Positions 11,851 through 26,059 of a stretch of 64,000 nt of DNA are shown here, one piece after another. Under the pieces are notes generated by a model, which saw only the letters and a program-made list of their open reading frames with translations, ran no database searches and was not told the origin of the DNA. The DNA lies in the NCBI RefSeq assembly GCF_009914755.1, contig NC_060928.1; one strand, given 5' to 3'. Position 1 is the first letter of the stretch, and every line of letters starts with the position of its first letter. Origin of the DNA: the human T2T-CHM13v2.0 reference genome, Homo sapiens. Made by a program: the position numbers and the translations under genes.

Positions 11851-14800
11851 ATTCCCTTCACCTATGGCATTTTAAATTTTCCGAGGAATAAATTCCAATG
11901 TTTATTTATAAATGTTGCCCAAATTTGTAGTGGGTTGTTACAGATCATTCTTATCCAGGAGATTTGAACGTGTAAATTTAACAACCCAATCATATCCAAG
12001 GAAATATTCAAAGGCAGTTGATGCAGTTTCCACAGGGCCTTCTTAAAATTAGAGATAGATATTAAAATAAAGAAAAAAAACTATGCCTCATTGAAAAAGT
12101 TTACATTTTGGGATACAAACCCTATCTTCTTATTACTTGTTTTCTTATATTTTCTTCGGTATGAATATATACACTCCAGTTCAAGAAAATGAAGGGATTT
12201 TTTCTTAATTTGGGCTGATGTATTTTTATTTTTAATAAATGCTGTCAGAAACAGGACCACCATTTGCAGAGCCCAGAATTAAACAAACACCATCTTGCAG
12301 AATGGTTAAGAAAATGCATCAGGAACCACTAATAGTAGAAATCACCTCTTATAACAGACAGGAGTAGTAGCTTGCAATAATCTCATATCTGATTTGAACT
12401 TATAAAATTGAGGAAGTTCAGTGGTGGCTTCATCATCTATTTGCAGTGTAAAATTTAGGAAAATATGCATAAAAGATGAAAAATGCAAGTTAACATAATG
12501 TTTCATTTTTCAGTGGTGTTTTGAATTATTATTGGGAGCCTGTTTGTATCAGAGAAAAGAATGAGAAGAGACATTTATCAAGAATTTAAAGGAGCTACTC
12601 TATAGTAAAAGATGATTGGGTACATCTTCAATAGAATTCTTTAACTCTATTGTGGCAAATTGAGAAATAGGTTGAAATAATGGCGTAAAACCAAAAAAAT
12701 CAAGGTTGGCTCTGCTCTTTGGAGTACCAGGTACCACATACACCACAAGGCCCTGCCTAACTCAGAAGATCATCTCCATTAGTCCAACACAGAGACCTAA
12801 ATGATTGTTGTGTCTTCAGAAATACCTCATGAAAAAGTGTTCAAATTACTTTGGTGATGAGATCAATTAGCATTTGTCGTGAAATCATTTACCAGATTAG
12901 CTAGTCACTACCTAGGTTAGAACCCTGAGAAAATAAAGCACAGGCAGTTTAGTTTTGTTGAGAGTAAGGGGGATTGTGGGAAGTTCCTAGCATGAAGTAT
13001 TTATAAGGAAGAAGGAAGGAGGAGCTGAAAAAGGAGGTGGGAGACAGGGAAAAGGAAGCAGGAGCATCCTGGAGTCTTAGAGGATCAACTGGCTGTAAAC
13101 TTTTGAAAGACAGGAAATATGGTGGGTTCACCATTGTATGCAGGTTAAATATCACAGCACCTGGGACATAGCAGGTGCACAAAAAAATATTTATTGAACA
13201 GATGAAAGAACGTATGTTCTAAAATGAGGGCTGGTATCGATTCTGAAAGGGGCGGAAGGAGAGCATTCCAAAGTAAATTTATGTAACAAAGTTTTCCTGG
13301 CCCTGGCCCTGCTGAAGCTTGTAGAGCCATGGGTATGAATATAAGAGGCTGTGGAATTTCCTTCTGTAAGATCTTTAAAAATGGTATAGATTCTTACATA
13401 TCTGGAGGGGTTCCTATGAAAACCAGGAGAATGATCTGAATAATCTGAATAGCCTCTGGTTCTTTCTTCCTTGGGCTTTTGATTTGTTTTTGTTTTTCAA
13501 TTTCAAGAGATGCAATGCAAAATTATATATTGCCATAATTACTACCATGCAAATAACAATAATAATTTATTGAGTTTACTGTATGCCAGACAACTTGCTG
13601 AGTGTGGAATCTCCACTAATGAATTGTCTCATTTTTATTAACTCTGAGGATTTTGTCAGTTATTATACAGTCCTCCTGCAGATGGCACTCTTCTCCTGCA
13701 GAATTGTCACCTCTTGCGCTCTGGACTTGAGCCTTACACTGAGATAGGGATGAGAAATGAGTGATTTTAAGGTTGGTACACTATGATTAAAAAAAAAATT
13801 ATCTATATATGATTTGAAATTCCTAAATATGAATAATCCAGCCCATTAGAAATTTAAAGAGTTTTTAAAATACGAAACTTAAGTTCACAAAATTTTTCAA
13901 TGGCTTTGCAGCTTTGTCTTTATCTTTATCATAACGGAACATAATTTGCTGTTCTATTTTCCTCAGGAAAACTAAACAAAGAATGTTTTTTGACAGGCAA
14001 GCTTCAGCTCAGAAGATGGATAAATAGCTCTTCCCCTCCCCTATGCTTCACTTTGAACTTCCCTCTCTACCTAATCTCTGGCTCATCTTTCCTCTTTTGG
14101 AGGGCCCAGGGTGATTGAGCCTGTCGAGATGAATAGCTGGTGAAATCTGACTGGTTCCTGGGTGGGCCACTGTTCATCAGGCTCACCTGGTCCAGCTGGG
14201 ACTCAGCTTTTCCTTCCACAGTGTGGCCACAGCTAGCGCTGAGTACAGGCCTTCGGAAACCTGCAGGTATAGATGGGTAAAGCAGAATTAACAACATGCC
14301 CAGAAATAGCAATTTCGTTATTACTATTCCACGGTATTTACAAAGACACTGTTTTGTGCTTGCATAGCTTTCTTTATGCTTCTGGGCAAATGTGTAAAAC
14401 ATTTTTAGCTCTTATGTGGCTCCGGCAAGTCAATATGTCACCTCCAGTGATAGCATCTAGTTGTCTGGCACACATGTGAAACATTTAGAATTATATAGCT
14501 CAGAGCTCTGGAATTGGTATTACCTATTTTATCAGATGCCTGTGTATAGCGCTATAAGGCACTGCTTCTTAGAGTATGATCTATTGATCATCTGCTTGTG
14601 AATCACTAGGATGTATGTTAAGAACAACAAAAATAAAACAAAATCTTAGACCTGCCTTTCTTCCCAGCTGCATAACCAGACTATGAAGGATTTAAAAGAA
14701 ACTGTCATTCTTGCCCTCACTAAAGCTTCAGAACCATGAGAAAACAGTGCTTTCAGGAGCTAGCAGTTCCCTGAGCACAAATTAAAAGTCTGATTTTAGT

Positions 14801-15489
14801 ACTGGCCTCCAACTACTATCCTTTTCCACTTGGGGATATCGTTAGTGATCTCCCACTCTTTTTATTCTCAATTAATTAAAGCTTATCCCCAGAGTCTTTA
14901 TTCAGTAAAGATGATCTGAGAATCCCCCTAAGTTTAGTGCTTTTTAATAAGGTCTCCACTGCTTGCTTAAGGGAACTCTAAATTCCAGCACGCTTCTTTC
15001 TTCTGGATTAAGGGCTGGCGCAGTCAGGATCTCTTGTGTAACTTTGTCCTCCTCCTACCCACATCTGTCTGGTCTCTTCTGGCCACCCTCTTTTCCTTCG
15101 TACTAGCAAGCAATGATTGTTTAAGATCTGATCCAGTGTCCTTCCTCAGAGGAGAATTCCTCGAATCCTCCTGGAAGAGGTGGTTGAACAGTCAGAGCAG
15201 TTACTGCACTGCTCCGTAACTTGTTTCCTATCATCTTGGAAGTAGTTCCCATCTTATTTGAATCCCTGGTATTAAGCCTAGGGCCTTGTAAATAGTAAAT
15301 GCTCAGTAGATGTGTATTGACTCACTCAAAGATTAAAAAAAACACCTTTCACTTCTGTTCTTGTATAAAATTATAAACCAAATGTTAATAAGTGAGCTCC
15401 TTGAGCATACACCCATGGCTTTTTCGTCTGTTAACATGAACAAATGAACTTGTGAAAGAAAATGTTCTTTTCCATATACAAACAAAATG

Positions 15490-15625
15490 TTATTTCCATA
15501 TACAAACTTGAGACACCGTGGACACTAAGGATAGGGGCCATATTTCATTCATGTTCATACCTCCAGCTCTTAGCACAGTATGTAGCACGTAATAGCACTT
15601 GCTAAATGTTTGCTGAAATAAAATT
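15490..15625 (+). mobile_element. L2 3' end
   Basis: cttagcacagtatgtagcacgtaatagcacttgctaaatgtttgctgaa. Confidence 0.65.
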
Positions 15626-18028
15626 CAAGAAGCTACCCACGAATCACTCTATGTTACCTCAGGCAGTACAGGAGAAAAGGCAGCCTCACTTTTACATATG
15701 TGCCTGGAACGTTCTCACAAGCAGAGAGTTAGTTAGAGGGCTTGTCCTAGGTGCTGCAGCTATTTAGAGGTGGATGCCAGACTAGAAATCGGGGCCGTTC
15801 AGGTTTAGAGGAGTCATGCCTCAGCAGGAACAGGTGGAAAAACAATCTTTTTGAGCAGGCTGTAACGCAACATATCGTTGGTAGGGGGCAATGCTGGCAC
15901 ACAATATACATGAAAGAGGCCGACTTTCAGAAGAGGAGACTTGGGAAAGTTTAGGGTATCCTTTGGAATCAATGGATGGAACCATGACCAGTGTAACAGC
16001 AACCACAACCAGCACCAGAGCCAGAACTAGCACCACAACCACCACCAATATTAATGGCCATTTATTTCATGATTGGTGAATGGCAGCACTGATTTTTTAG
16101 AACCGAAGTCTTCTGATTTTTAGTTTGATATGGTTTTTGTTACACTGTGCTATTTTTTTAATAGAGTTTTTTGTTTGTTTGTTAAAAAGTTATATATTTT
16201 CCTTATAAGAATGGTATATTATCCTTACAAAAAATTAAACTTAGAGACATGGATGTTTAAGAAGGTTAAACATTCTCCTTGTTCCAGCCCCTTCCCATAT
16301 ACAAATAATGTTTTTAAAAATCGTTTTTCCTATGCATAAACTAATATCTACTCCTTTCGTAGAAATTAAAACATAGATACGGCTTAATGCTTTAGGCAGA
16401 GTGGACTTAGACTTGCTCAATTAACTAACTGGACTAATATATTACCTAATTTTATGTGTGGCTTTTTTGGACTATCGTATGTGGGTTCATTTAAATGTTG
16501 GTCCTACAGCTCCTAACAATTATTTTTCTCCTATTTTTTCAAGATTAGTGTTATTGTGATGTTAGCCCTTTTAATTTGTAACACATGGTGGGATTCAAAC
16601 CACTGAGTCTTAGCATCTGTCAATGACAAGATCATTCTTTTTAGTAATAGAAGGATGGTTGCTAATAATGTGGCAGAATTTGGCTTTTCATTGTTATGTT
16701 ATTAATGACTACACAGGAGAAATTATGGGAAATATATTTTTTCTACTTAAGCTTCAGCCAGTTTTCTGAAGTCTCTTTTAAGTTTCCACATCAAATTAAA
16801 CCTAAGGAGATCTTGGATTTTCCAAAGTAAAACTTTTCCGTATCTCCAAAGTTGGTATTTCAAGTTATTTATGTAGGACTAGCTAACGTTATCTTCTACT
16901 CCTTGAGATGTTGAGGTTGTCTGTTGCAATTATAATGATGGGAAAGGGTAGTCTGGGTTAAGCAGAAAATGGTACCTAGTAGATTTTATCTCAGGAGTAC
17001 CCTGGCCAAAAGGCAGTCACTTGTTATCTTGGATACTGTCCTTGATGCTGCTGATTTAAGGGTCTGGTTCGTTTTTTTTTTGGAACTCTTTCTCTTACTC
17101 TACTTAGAACTATTTATTTTTTATTTCACTTCTTTTAACTATCATTTTTGTGTCATTTTTTCCTGGTGTATATTATGTCTCTCTATATTTACTGTATCAA
17201 AATATTAGCATTGTTATATATATTATCTATACATGCAGTATATTATTATGATAGTACTTATTTGTAATTTATAAACAAGTAAATATACATTTGTGGTACT
17301 GGGTATATATGCCCAATTTTTTTAGCTGATGATGGTGTACAATAAAACATATTTGAGTCTACTGTTCAATATTATGTATTTCTTGAGGACACAGATTATT
17401 TCTTTTCTTCTTGATAGCCTTAATTGCTTAGGGCAATGTCTGGTCTATATTAGGTAGTTAATAAGTATTATTGGCTGGCTGGTTGGCTGGATAGATGGAT
17501 AAATGAATAGATCATTTAATTATGCTTCTCTTTATGAATAGGAGGTAATTTTAACTTACTATTTACTAAATACTTAAATGTACTAAGGACACAGCTGGGC
17601 AATCAAACAACTAGACTAGTAACTCCTCTAGATGTTATGTTTGGATGTATTAGAAACTGATTCAATTTGCCACATTTTTCAACAATACACTGGATTGATT
17701 GATTAACACAAAATAAATAGTGAATATGATTGAGAAATTTTATGTAATTCTGCTTCAAAGGATTCATCTGTGCTAAATATTATCAGAATCACATTTAGGG
17801 TTTAGCAAGTAACCTGATCTCCACAAACCTCAAAGTTCGAATTTCTTTGTATTTCTTCTCTCTTTGGTGAAAATGTCATGTGATTAGAATAATACAATGA
17901 CATGATTAGGGATGAAGTAAAGGGAGAAGAAAAATTCTAAAAAAGATTTGTGGGCCTGTATTCAATGGACATTAGTCTCCTATTCTCCAGCTCATTAGGG
18001 TGACAGAGATGGGACTGACTGCGAGGGA

Positions 18029-18083
18029 GCACTATGGCTTGGCAGTGACCACTTGGCAAATGGTCACTGCCAAGCTATAGTGC
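18029..18083. repeat. Inverted repeat, 23-bp arms and 9-nt spacer
   Basis: gcactatggcttggcagtgacca / tggtcactgccaagctatagtgc, one G.T mismatch. Confidence 0.93.
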
Positions 18084-18225
18084 CCCCATACAGTCTCTCA
18101 GATCACGTCTCCTTTGTCTGATTTGTCCCTACCTCACTGTCAATCTTGATATCCATTTTCACCACTGTGCAAAACCACTGTACAGTGCATTGTAAGCACT
18201 TACAATATATTGTTGACCTACTACA

Positions 18226-18688
18226 TGCAGGACAGTTTTCCAGGTGGCCTTGGACCTACCCAGTTCTCCCTCCTTTTTTGTGTGTAGTTCTCAAGAGAAA
18301 CTGTAGAATGTTCTGGGAATGCAACATCCTGAGATAAGGAGGGGCTGACCTGAACAGTCCATTGTGCCAGTCCCCTCTATAAACAGAAAGTCACTTTGGC
18401 CCAGTATGTCATACTGTCCCTACAGTATAAAACCCAAGGCAGGCTACCTGTTGGGGGTCCCTCGGCTGTGGTGCAAGTGGGGCACATACTGATGAGATTT
18501 TGTCTTCCCCAGGCAGCTTTCCTGAGCCTTGAGGGGACAGGCTCGTCATGAATCCTAGGCATTTTTTTTTTCTCTTGCTGCTTATCTGTAAGTAATAAAT
18601 CCACTTATGTAACTTGTTGTATGTGTGGGTGTTCTGTCTCACTGGACTCAGACAAATGGTAGCCAGTGCACAGTGAACCTGCTTCACA
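18226..18688 (+). mobile_element. ERV solo LTR (LTR47/MER72-like)
   Basis: TG...CA ends; TATAAAA 18426-18432; AATAAA 18594-18599; flanks taca/caca. Confidence 0.8.
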
Positions 18689-19062
18689 CACATTCCCGTG
18701 ATCTAATTTGTGCCTGTGTATATGTAAATGCATGTCTTTGACGGTGGAGGTAGTAGTCATGGTGCTGGCAGGGCAGTGTGGGAAGGACAGTGTGACACTA
18801 CAGGCTTCACTCTGCTCCTTACCAAGGGGTGGCTTGTTTAGTCAGTTCTGCTCGCCACCACTCAGCCTGCCTGTCAGTGGGGGAATGACAGTTTTGTCTT
18901 CTTTCGTTTTAACTTCTTTATGATAGTCCTCCCTTCTGCAAATAGATAAATAGATTTTTTAAAAAGACACGTTGACTGCTATAATAAGCCCTATGCTTTT
19001 TTTCCATCAGAATTTCCCACATCAGCTTGGGGTGTTGCTGATGTTTTCTTATTTTACATGAG

Positions 19063-19397
<335 letters not shown>

Positions 19398-19996
19398 TAG
19401 ATGACTATTTTACTGCTATGGATTAAAATAGAAGGAAATGTGAATTGCTGTCAATGTGGGCATATTTGGGGGTTCACTTATGAGTTATATGACTTTTTAT
19501 TTTTTGTTGATGAGACTATTTTCTTTCTCTTGACCTCTCCTCTTTTGCCTTTCTCAAAATAGTCACATACTAAACATGAATGCTCTTCCTTAGTATTAGT
19601 ACCATGATATACCTGACCAGTTTTGCAAGAGAAGAAAAGCTCATGATGCAGAACAGTTTCTCATAGCAAGTGAGGTGGAAGTTCTTCGTACTATCTTCTT
19701 TTTATTTGAACAGTTATTTTTTTCAAAAAAGGGTTTAAGTACTAATTATATGTGTCAGTGATTTTCCTTTATAGTGGATGGTTTAACATGTTATGGCATA
19801 GCTGAAAGAAGAATCTAAATCTTTCTCAGAATCATAGTAGAGGAATGGTTTATTATTGAAGATCTAGAATATACTATTTTTAGCAATTGCTGGTATGGTA
19901 ACACTTTTCCTTATTGCCTACGATTGGTACAAACTTTAAATTACAAACTCAGGCAGGCAAAAGATATAACTATTTTTCTAAAGCTTGTTTAAGTTC

Positions 19997-20453
19997 TGTT
20001 ACAGCTTGAACTGTGTTCAATATCTGCCTCTCCCCATCCCCCTACCCCTGACAAATTGATGTCCACCTAGAATCTGTGACTGTGACCTTATCTGAAAATG
20101 GAGACTTTGTGGAGGTAATCAAGTTAAGGTGAGGTCAAACTGGGTGAGGGTGTGCCCTAATAAGAACAGGGAATTTGGACATAGACACACAGGGGAGACA
20201 ACCATGAGAGGATGGAGGCCGAGATTGGAGAGATTCATCTACAAGTCAAGGAATACAAAGGAATTCTGACAACCACCAGAAACTAGAAGAGGCAAGGAAA
20301 GTTTTTTTTTTTTCCCCAGAGACTTCAGAGGGAGCATGGCCCTGCCGACAACTTCAGACTTCCCGTCTCCAGAACTGTGAGAGGATAAGTTTCTGTTGCT
20401 TGAAGCTACCCAGTTTGTGGTAATTTGTGTGGCAGCCCTGGGAAACTAATACA
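19997..20453 (+). mobile_element. MLT1C-like MaLR solo LTR
   Basis: tgttacagcttgaactgtg...gtttgtggtaatttgt..gcagccctgggaaactaataca. Confidence 0.85.
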
Positions 20454-21131
20454 GAGTCCCTTTTTAAATTAGAGTGGCAGACAGTTAATCTTACTTGATT
20501 TGGAGAATGCTTTCTGTTTCTCTAGAGTTGTATTAAGTAGCAGTAAGATGTGATGTTGGGGCAGAGCCCACAAATTCTTAACATCGCTAAGCTATCCTGG
20601 TGTCCCTGAGCATCCTTCACTTGATTCACCATCAGTGCTCTTCCCTGGATGCTGCAGAGATGGCCTTTGCTCCCATTGACATGGCCCCTTCTGGTCTGCC
20701 ATTTTCTCCACTATTGCCAGATCGCTCTTGAGTGATCAGGAATTATTCCACTGCTCCCATGTCATACTGTGGTTTATATAGATAGATTCTGCAACTATCT
20801 CTTGTCTGGGATATTGACATCTCCCAGTCCCAGCACTTTACTAGGACAATGGATTGCAAGTTGTCTCTGCCTTTGAACCCCACAAACCTGTCTGGGGGTG
20901 TTGCCACCTCTTCAGGACTTGATCCAAAGAATGGCTCTGGGTTTGTTGTTGATGCATGTTCTCCTTACTTCCTCTCTGACTCTGTTCCCATCACTCTGGC
21001 TGAAGAATGTTTTTCTAGCCTTGTTTTGAAGGTAGGGTGGGGGAGTGGCAAATTCTTGCCTACTCATAATGTTTTCTCTAAGATCTTTTGTCTGTGTCTT
21101 GATTCTTTTCTCTTCCCTTAGCATCCTAAAT

Positions 21132-21330
21132 CAACAGTTCTCAACTGGAACTCATTTAGCAATGTCTAGACATTTTTGGTTGTCACATCTAGAGAGCTGA
21201 GGGGTTTTATTGACATCTAGTGGGTTGTGGCCAAGGATGCTGCTAAATATCCACAGTGCACAGGACAGGCCCTTATAACAAATAATTGTTTGCTCAAAAT
21301 GTCATTAGTTCCACTGTTGAGAAACAAGCC
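21132..21330 (+). mobile_element. MER20 hAT-Charlie DNA transposon
   Basis: gcaatgtctagacatttttggttgtcaca...ggccaaggatgctgctaaatatccacagtgcacaggacag. Confidence 0.85.
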
Positions 21331-22099
21331 TAGATCCTTGAAACAAAAAGAGTCTGAAAGATATGTCTTTTTCACTTTGCTTTCTGCCATCATAAATTCC
21401 TTTTTTTTGTGGCAATGAACACAGAATATTCTGCTTTGCAATGGGGAGAGTTAATGGCGAATAGAAATTCACCTTATATCAGAATTGTTCTGATTCTTCT
21501 AGGAAAGGATATTTAAAAATCCTTTCAACTTCCTCTGTCACGTAAATACATTCTTTATATTAAAATATAAAACAGAGCATTAGCAGTTACGGGGACTTCT
21601 GAATTGGCTAGAAAGCCAAATCATCTAATTTGGCAGGGGACAAAAATCCACTCTAGAGTTTAAACCATTTTGGTTGACTATCTAGAGAGCTCATATGACT
21701 TAAGCAAGTGCATGATTTAGCGAATTCATGCCAGGCTTGAGAAGAATGTGTAAATGTGGGTTGCAGTCTTGCTTCTCTTACCAGCTGCTTGAGTAGGCAA
21801 CTTCATTTATCTGGGCCTCATTTTTCTCTTGTGATACAGGTTTACTCTAGATTATTTCTGAAATTAAAAATTGTCATTGAATTTTTTCCTAGGATAGGAC
21901 CAGATTCTGAGCAGAAATAATTTTTCATATACAGACTCAAAATGTACTATATAAAATCATCTTTTTTCATGACATTCCTTAGAAATTCTTTGTTGGATTG
22001 CAGTTGTCCAACAAAAGTTGTTCTCTTTGTTTTCCATGTGCCCTTATTCAGGGCAAAGACTAAGCTGCACAGTAAGGAGACCCATCAACACAGTGACAA

Positions 22100-22490
22100 A
22101 AAACAAACAGACAAAAAAAATGAGGCTACACCACATTTCTCAGACTCCCTTGCATCAGGCGTGATTAAGTTTTCACCAATTGAATGTGAGGAGAAGTGAG
22201 GTGTCTAAACCCTGATCCCAGTCCTGAAGGCAGTGGAAGTGCCTCTTTCATGTGTTCCCTTTTCCTCCAGCTGAACTCCGGGCTTCAACTGTGCAGGTAA
22301 CAGTGATGCCCAAGGGGGTGGAACAAGATGAAAGGAGTCTGAAACCCTAATGACAAAATGGAGCAGAGCCACCCCACCAAATTGGATTGCTTTCCTCAGA
22401 GCTGTTTGAGAAGAGATACAAACTTTTGTTTTTAAAGTATGGTTCAGTGTCTTTATTTTAGCTGGTTAGCCTTGGCCCTAATAAATCAAG
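22100..22490 (+). mobile_element. Old MLT1 (MLT1J-like) LTR remnant
   Basis: ccacatttctcagactcccttgca...atggagcagagccaccccacc. Confidence 0.6.
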
Positions 22491-22559
22491 GAATTCTTCA
22501 TGTAATTGTTAAAACAACAAACTTAAAAAAATGCATTTTTGTTATACTCAGTGTGAGGC

Positions 22560-22828
22560 CTGATGTTTCCCTGCCTCACTGTCATTCTTGATATCCATTT
22601 TCACCACTGTGCAAAAACCACTGTGCAGTGCATTGTAAGCACTTAAAAAATATTTGTTGACCTACCACATGCAGGACAGTTCTCCAGGTGGCCTTGTATC
22701 CACCCAGTTCCCCCTCCTTTTTCGTCTGTAGTTCTCAAGAGAGACTGTAGAATGTGCTGGGAGTGCAACATCCTGAGATAAGGAGGGACTGACCTGAAAG
22801 GCCCAGGCTTTGTGCCAGTCGCTTCTAT
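22560..22828 (+). repeat. Dispersed direct duplicate of 18118-18380
   Basis: About 90% identical by eye; includes the flank/LTR junction. Confidence 0.92.
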
Positions 22829-22865
22829 GTTGTCTTCTAATATCTCATTACTAAAATAGAAGTGA

Positions 22866-23066
22866 TTTTTTTTTTAAGAGACAGGGTCTTGCTCTGTTGC
22901 CCAGGCTGGAGTGTAGTGGTGCAATCACCACACGTGGCTAATGTTTTAATTTTTATTTTTTTTACCTGTTGCCCAGGCTAGTTTCAAACTCCTGGCCTCA
23001 AGCAGTCCTCCTGCCTCAGCCTCCCTAAGCACTGGGATTACAAGCACGAGTCACTGTGCCTGGCCA
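22866..23066 (-). mobile_element. Internally deleted AluJ
   Basis: Both Alu ends present; most of the right arm missing. Confidence 0.8.
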
Positions 23067-25029
23067 TAAGTGAAATATTTAAAGTAAGAAGAGGATGTGA
23101 ACAAGTTTTGGTCCATCTTGTTCACAATCTCTTCTTTTCTCTGTACTATTTTCTCTTGTAATTTCTGTACTAAATAACAATCCTCACAATCTACTCCAAG
23201 CTGGCATTTGTTGTCTTCAGGGATGACCTATGCTCCCAGGATGATGAGTTTCTATAATCTAAATGCAATGGCTCACATTTTAGACTTAAAGTATTATATT
23301 TCACACTGTGTTGTTCCTCTTATAGGTCTTTCTATTTCATTGCTTTTCTGGAATGTAGGGGTATATGGCTCTCTTCCCATGTGTCTAGGCACAATTGTCT
23401 ATTGTGGTCACTTGAAAAGAATACTTGGGAAACTCTTCCCTTTAGGGTGCAGGAGGTAGAAGCAGTGGTAGAAGTGGATGGTGGTTAGATCGTCTTGGTT
23501 TTTACTGAGAAGGAAGCCATTTCTTGCCAGAGTTCTGCTCAAAAATCACGGCTTGCTTTCTAGCAAGTGTTCTCTCTGTTGTTACAGCCACTCATCTGTA
23601 AGTTATTGTAGTAGTGGTTATTAAGTATCATTTCAGATATCAACCAAATTCTGACTGTGAACTATTTTTGTGTTAAATGAAATATCATTTGTTTTAACTA
23701 TGCAAATAGAAACTATTTCTTTACAATAAGTATTAACTTATCAGATCATGAATAAGAGAAAGACTGTAAATTGAATACCCGATTTTATGTATGTTTAAAC
23801 GTGGACAAATAGGTTAATCATTCTCCTGTTAATTTTTTTTCTCTCTTAAAAGGCAAAGGTGATTAGCTGATCTGTGATCTGAAGGGAAATGACTTTGATC
23901 ATCTTATCAACCTTTCCATTTAGCTTTCTTTAAATGGACCCATCTTATATAGTTGGCTTGGTACTATTTCCAATATACTTGCTATTTGAAATCAAAATTC
24001 TTCCCGGGTGACTAAGGAAATTTGGGTTAAAATGTTAGTTCAATGACTTTTTTCTCAATGACCTGGTGAAATAACTTTACCTCAAAATTTTAAATTGGTC
24101 TTTAGGAAAGAAAACTTGTTTGCACATTTTAATCTTGATATTAGTTCATGCAGGCCTATATATTTTTCGAGGGGCAAAAATCCAAACTTTAAATCCATAA
24201 CCCAAGTTTAAATCCATACTTGCTTGCTGTGACTTCACTTGGATTTGAATAGGAGGCCCACCTTTCTTCTGATGTTTTAAGTAGGCAGTTGTAGATGGTT
24301 TCCCGGGAAGAAAATCCCCAACAGGGAACTTTTTGAAGAGTTGTTGCATTTGCTCTGTATGCTCTCTGTGTTTTGATACACTGAGCAAGGAATGTTGATG
24401 AGACATGAGGCAGAACAGCTTGTTCCTCCACAGCTATTTTGACTTTGCAATGCTGGCAGTAGTAAAAAAAAAAAGAAAAAAAAAGAAAAAAAAATAGAAA
24501 AAAAAGTTTAGTGTGTTAACTAAGCAAACACATGGGGCTTGGAAGAAGGCTAGGGAACAGCTAGGCTATTCTTGGTATCCAAAACCCTATTGCTTAGGAA
24601 CTTTTAATTCCAGTTTATGAATGTATAGTACTTGGAGTTCTACATTTCTCTAGATGTCCTTTGTCTCTGGGAGTGTTAACGGGAACAAATGGTGTTGCTA
24701 ATGAAGTAAAATTGTTTTTGTGTTCAATAATTAGATTTTAGTACAAGGAAGATGACTTAGAAGAATAGACACCTCAAAGGATTCAGAATGTGACTGTGAA
24801 AACCAAATTAATTAAGAGAAATACTCATACTACTTTAGGTATTGATGAGTATGGATTATCCTGAAAAAATGAAAATATCACAGATGGAAGTTTGTTATAT
24901 TAGGGGCACTGCAAGGCATTTTAGAAGAATGTGGATTATAAACTTGAGTTTTGTGAGTTGTTGTTGCTGTTTTTCACAGAAGTGCCAGCATGCCAGCTTT
25001 GAGCCAATGCTTTAGGAGGCATGGAAAGT

Positions 25030-25290
25030 TTCCATTGGCCTCTCTTATGCTCCTACCATCTGCCATGAGAAGGACACACCATAGTTAGCAACAGCTCCTT
25101 TTGCCTGGGTCCCAGGATCAGAGATACAGGAAACCAACCTGAATTTGAGCCAAGCTGAGCCTAATTGAGCCCGGCTAATCCACTGCTGACCGGCGGACCT
25201 CTGAGGGAGAAGTGGAAGTGAATACTTTTTTTGTTTTAAGCCATGGAGATTTGGCAGTTGTTTGTTATGCAGCAAAACCTGACTAATACA
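25030..25290 (+). mobile_element. Old MLT1 (MLT1I/K-like) LTR, 3' part
   Basis: ttgttttaagccatggagatttgg...tttgttatgcagcaaaacctgactaataca. Confidence 0.7.
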
Positions 25291-25584
25291 CCTTTATTAG
25301 CGGTCTCTAATTACAGGTTGTTGACATGTGAGGACCAGAGTATATATGACCCAGATCTTAGGTCCTGCTTTAGATTCCCTTGGCAGGCTTGTTTCTCAGC
25401 CCATGCTGTCAGTGGTTTGACAGTGATACTTGCTGTCACTGGGCAGTAGCTACAGGGCAGTCAGGTTTACTGGCTACAATTCAGAATTTCTTACTCCTCC
25501 CATCACTTTTTTAGACTTTTGAAATTTTAATTCCAGTTTATGAATGCATAGTTGAAATTCACTCTGATGAAATTGCACAGTACT

Positions 25585-26002
25585 TGGTGTGGTGACTGAC
25601 ATCTTAAGTGGCCACCAGAAGAGCTAGATGACACAACTCAGAAGTGTGATGGTATTAATTCCCATGGAGCAATATTTGACTAATGGGAAACTGAAGATGG
25701 GAGGAAGAAAGCAAATACCTCTCTCCCCTTCTTACTCCTTCCCATGCACTATTCCAATTACAGATACACAAAGCTCATTTGAAGTCCTGTATGGCCAAGC
25801 AGGTGCTTTTACTGAGTGATTCACTATGCCTATTTATGGCTCATTGGGAAGCAGTGACCAGCAGGGTAATAGCATTTTACATGGCTTTCCATCCTTCTTT
25901 GCTACATCTCCCTTTCCCCCCCTGGTTCGTACAACCCAAAGAAAGCATCAACACTTAATTCTTGATTCAGGCTCTGTTTTCTAGAGAACCTAAGCTAAGG
26001 CC
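25585..26002 (+). mobile_element. LTR16-like ERVL LTR
   Basis: 3' end ttcaggctctgttttctagagaacctaagctaag; 5' boundary uncertain, may extend to ~25330. Confidence 0.55.
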
Positions 26003-26059
26003 TTGAACTAGACCATCATGTCAAGGTGAAGATGATGAAACTGATGGTTAGGATTATGT

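Noticed and set aside
15459-15507. ~25-bp tandem duplication aaaatgtt..ttccatatacaaac
   Set aside because: Real but ordinary slippage duplication with no further signal
15970-16050. Thr-rich ORF / (ACC)-like repeat
   Set aside because: Degenerate trinucleotide repeat without splice or coding support
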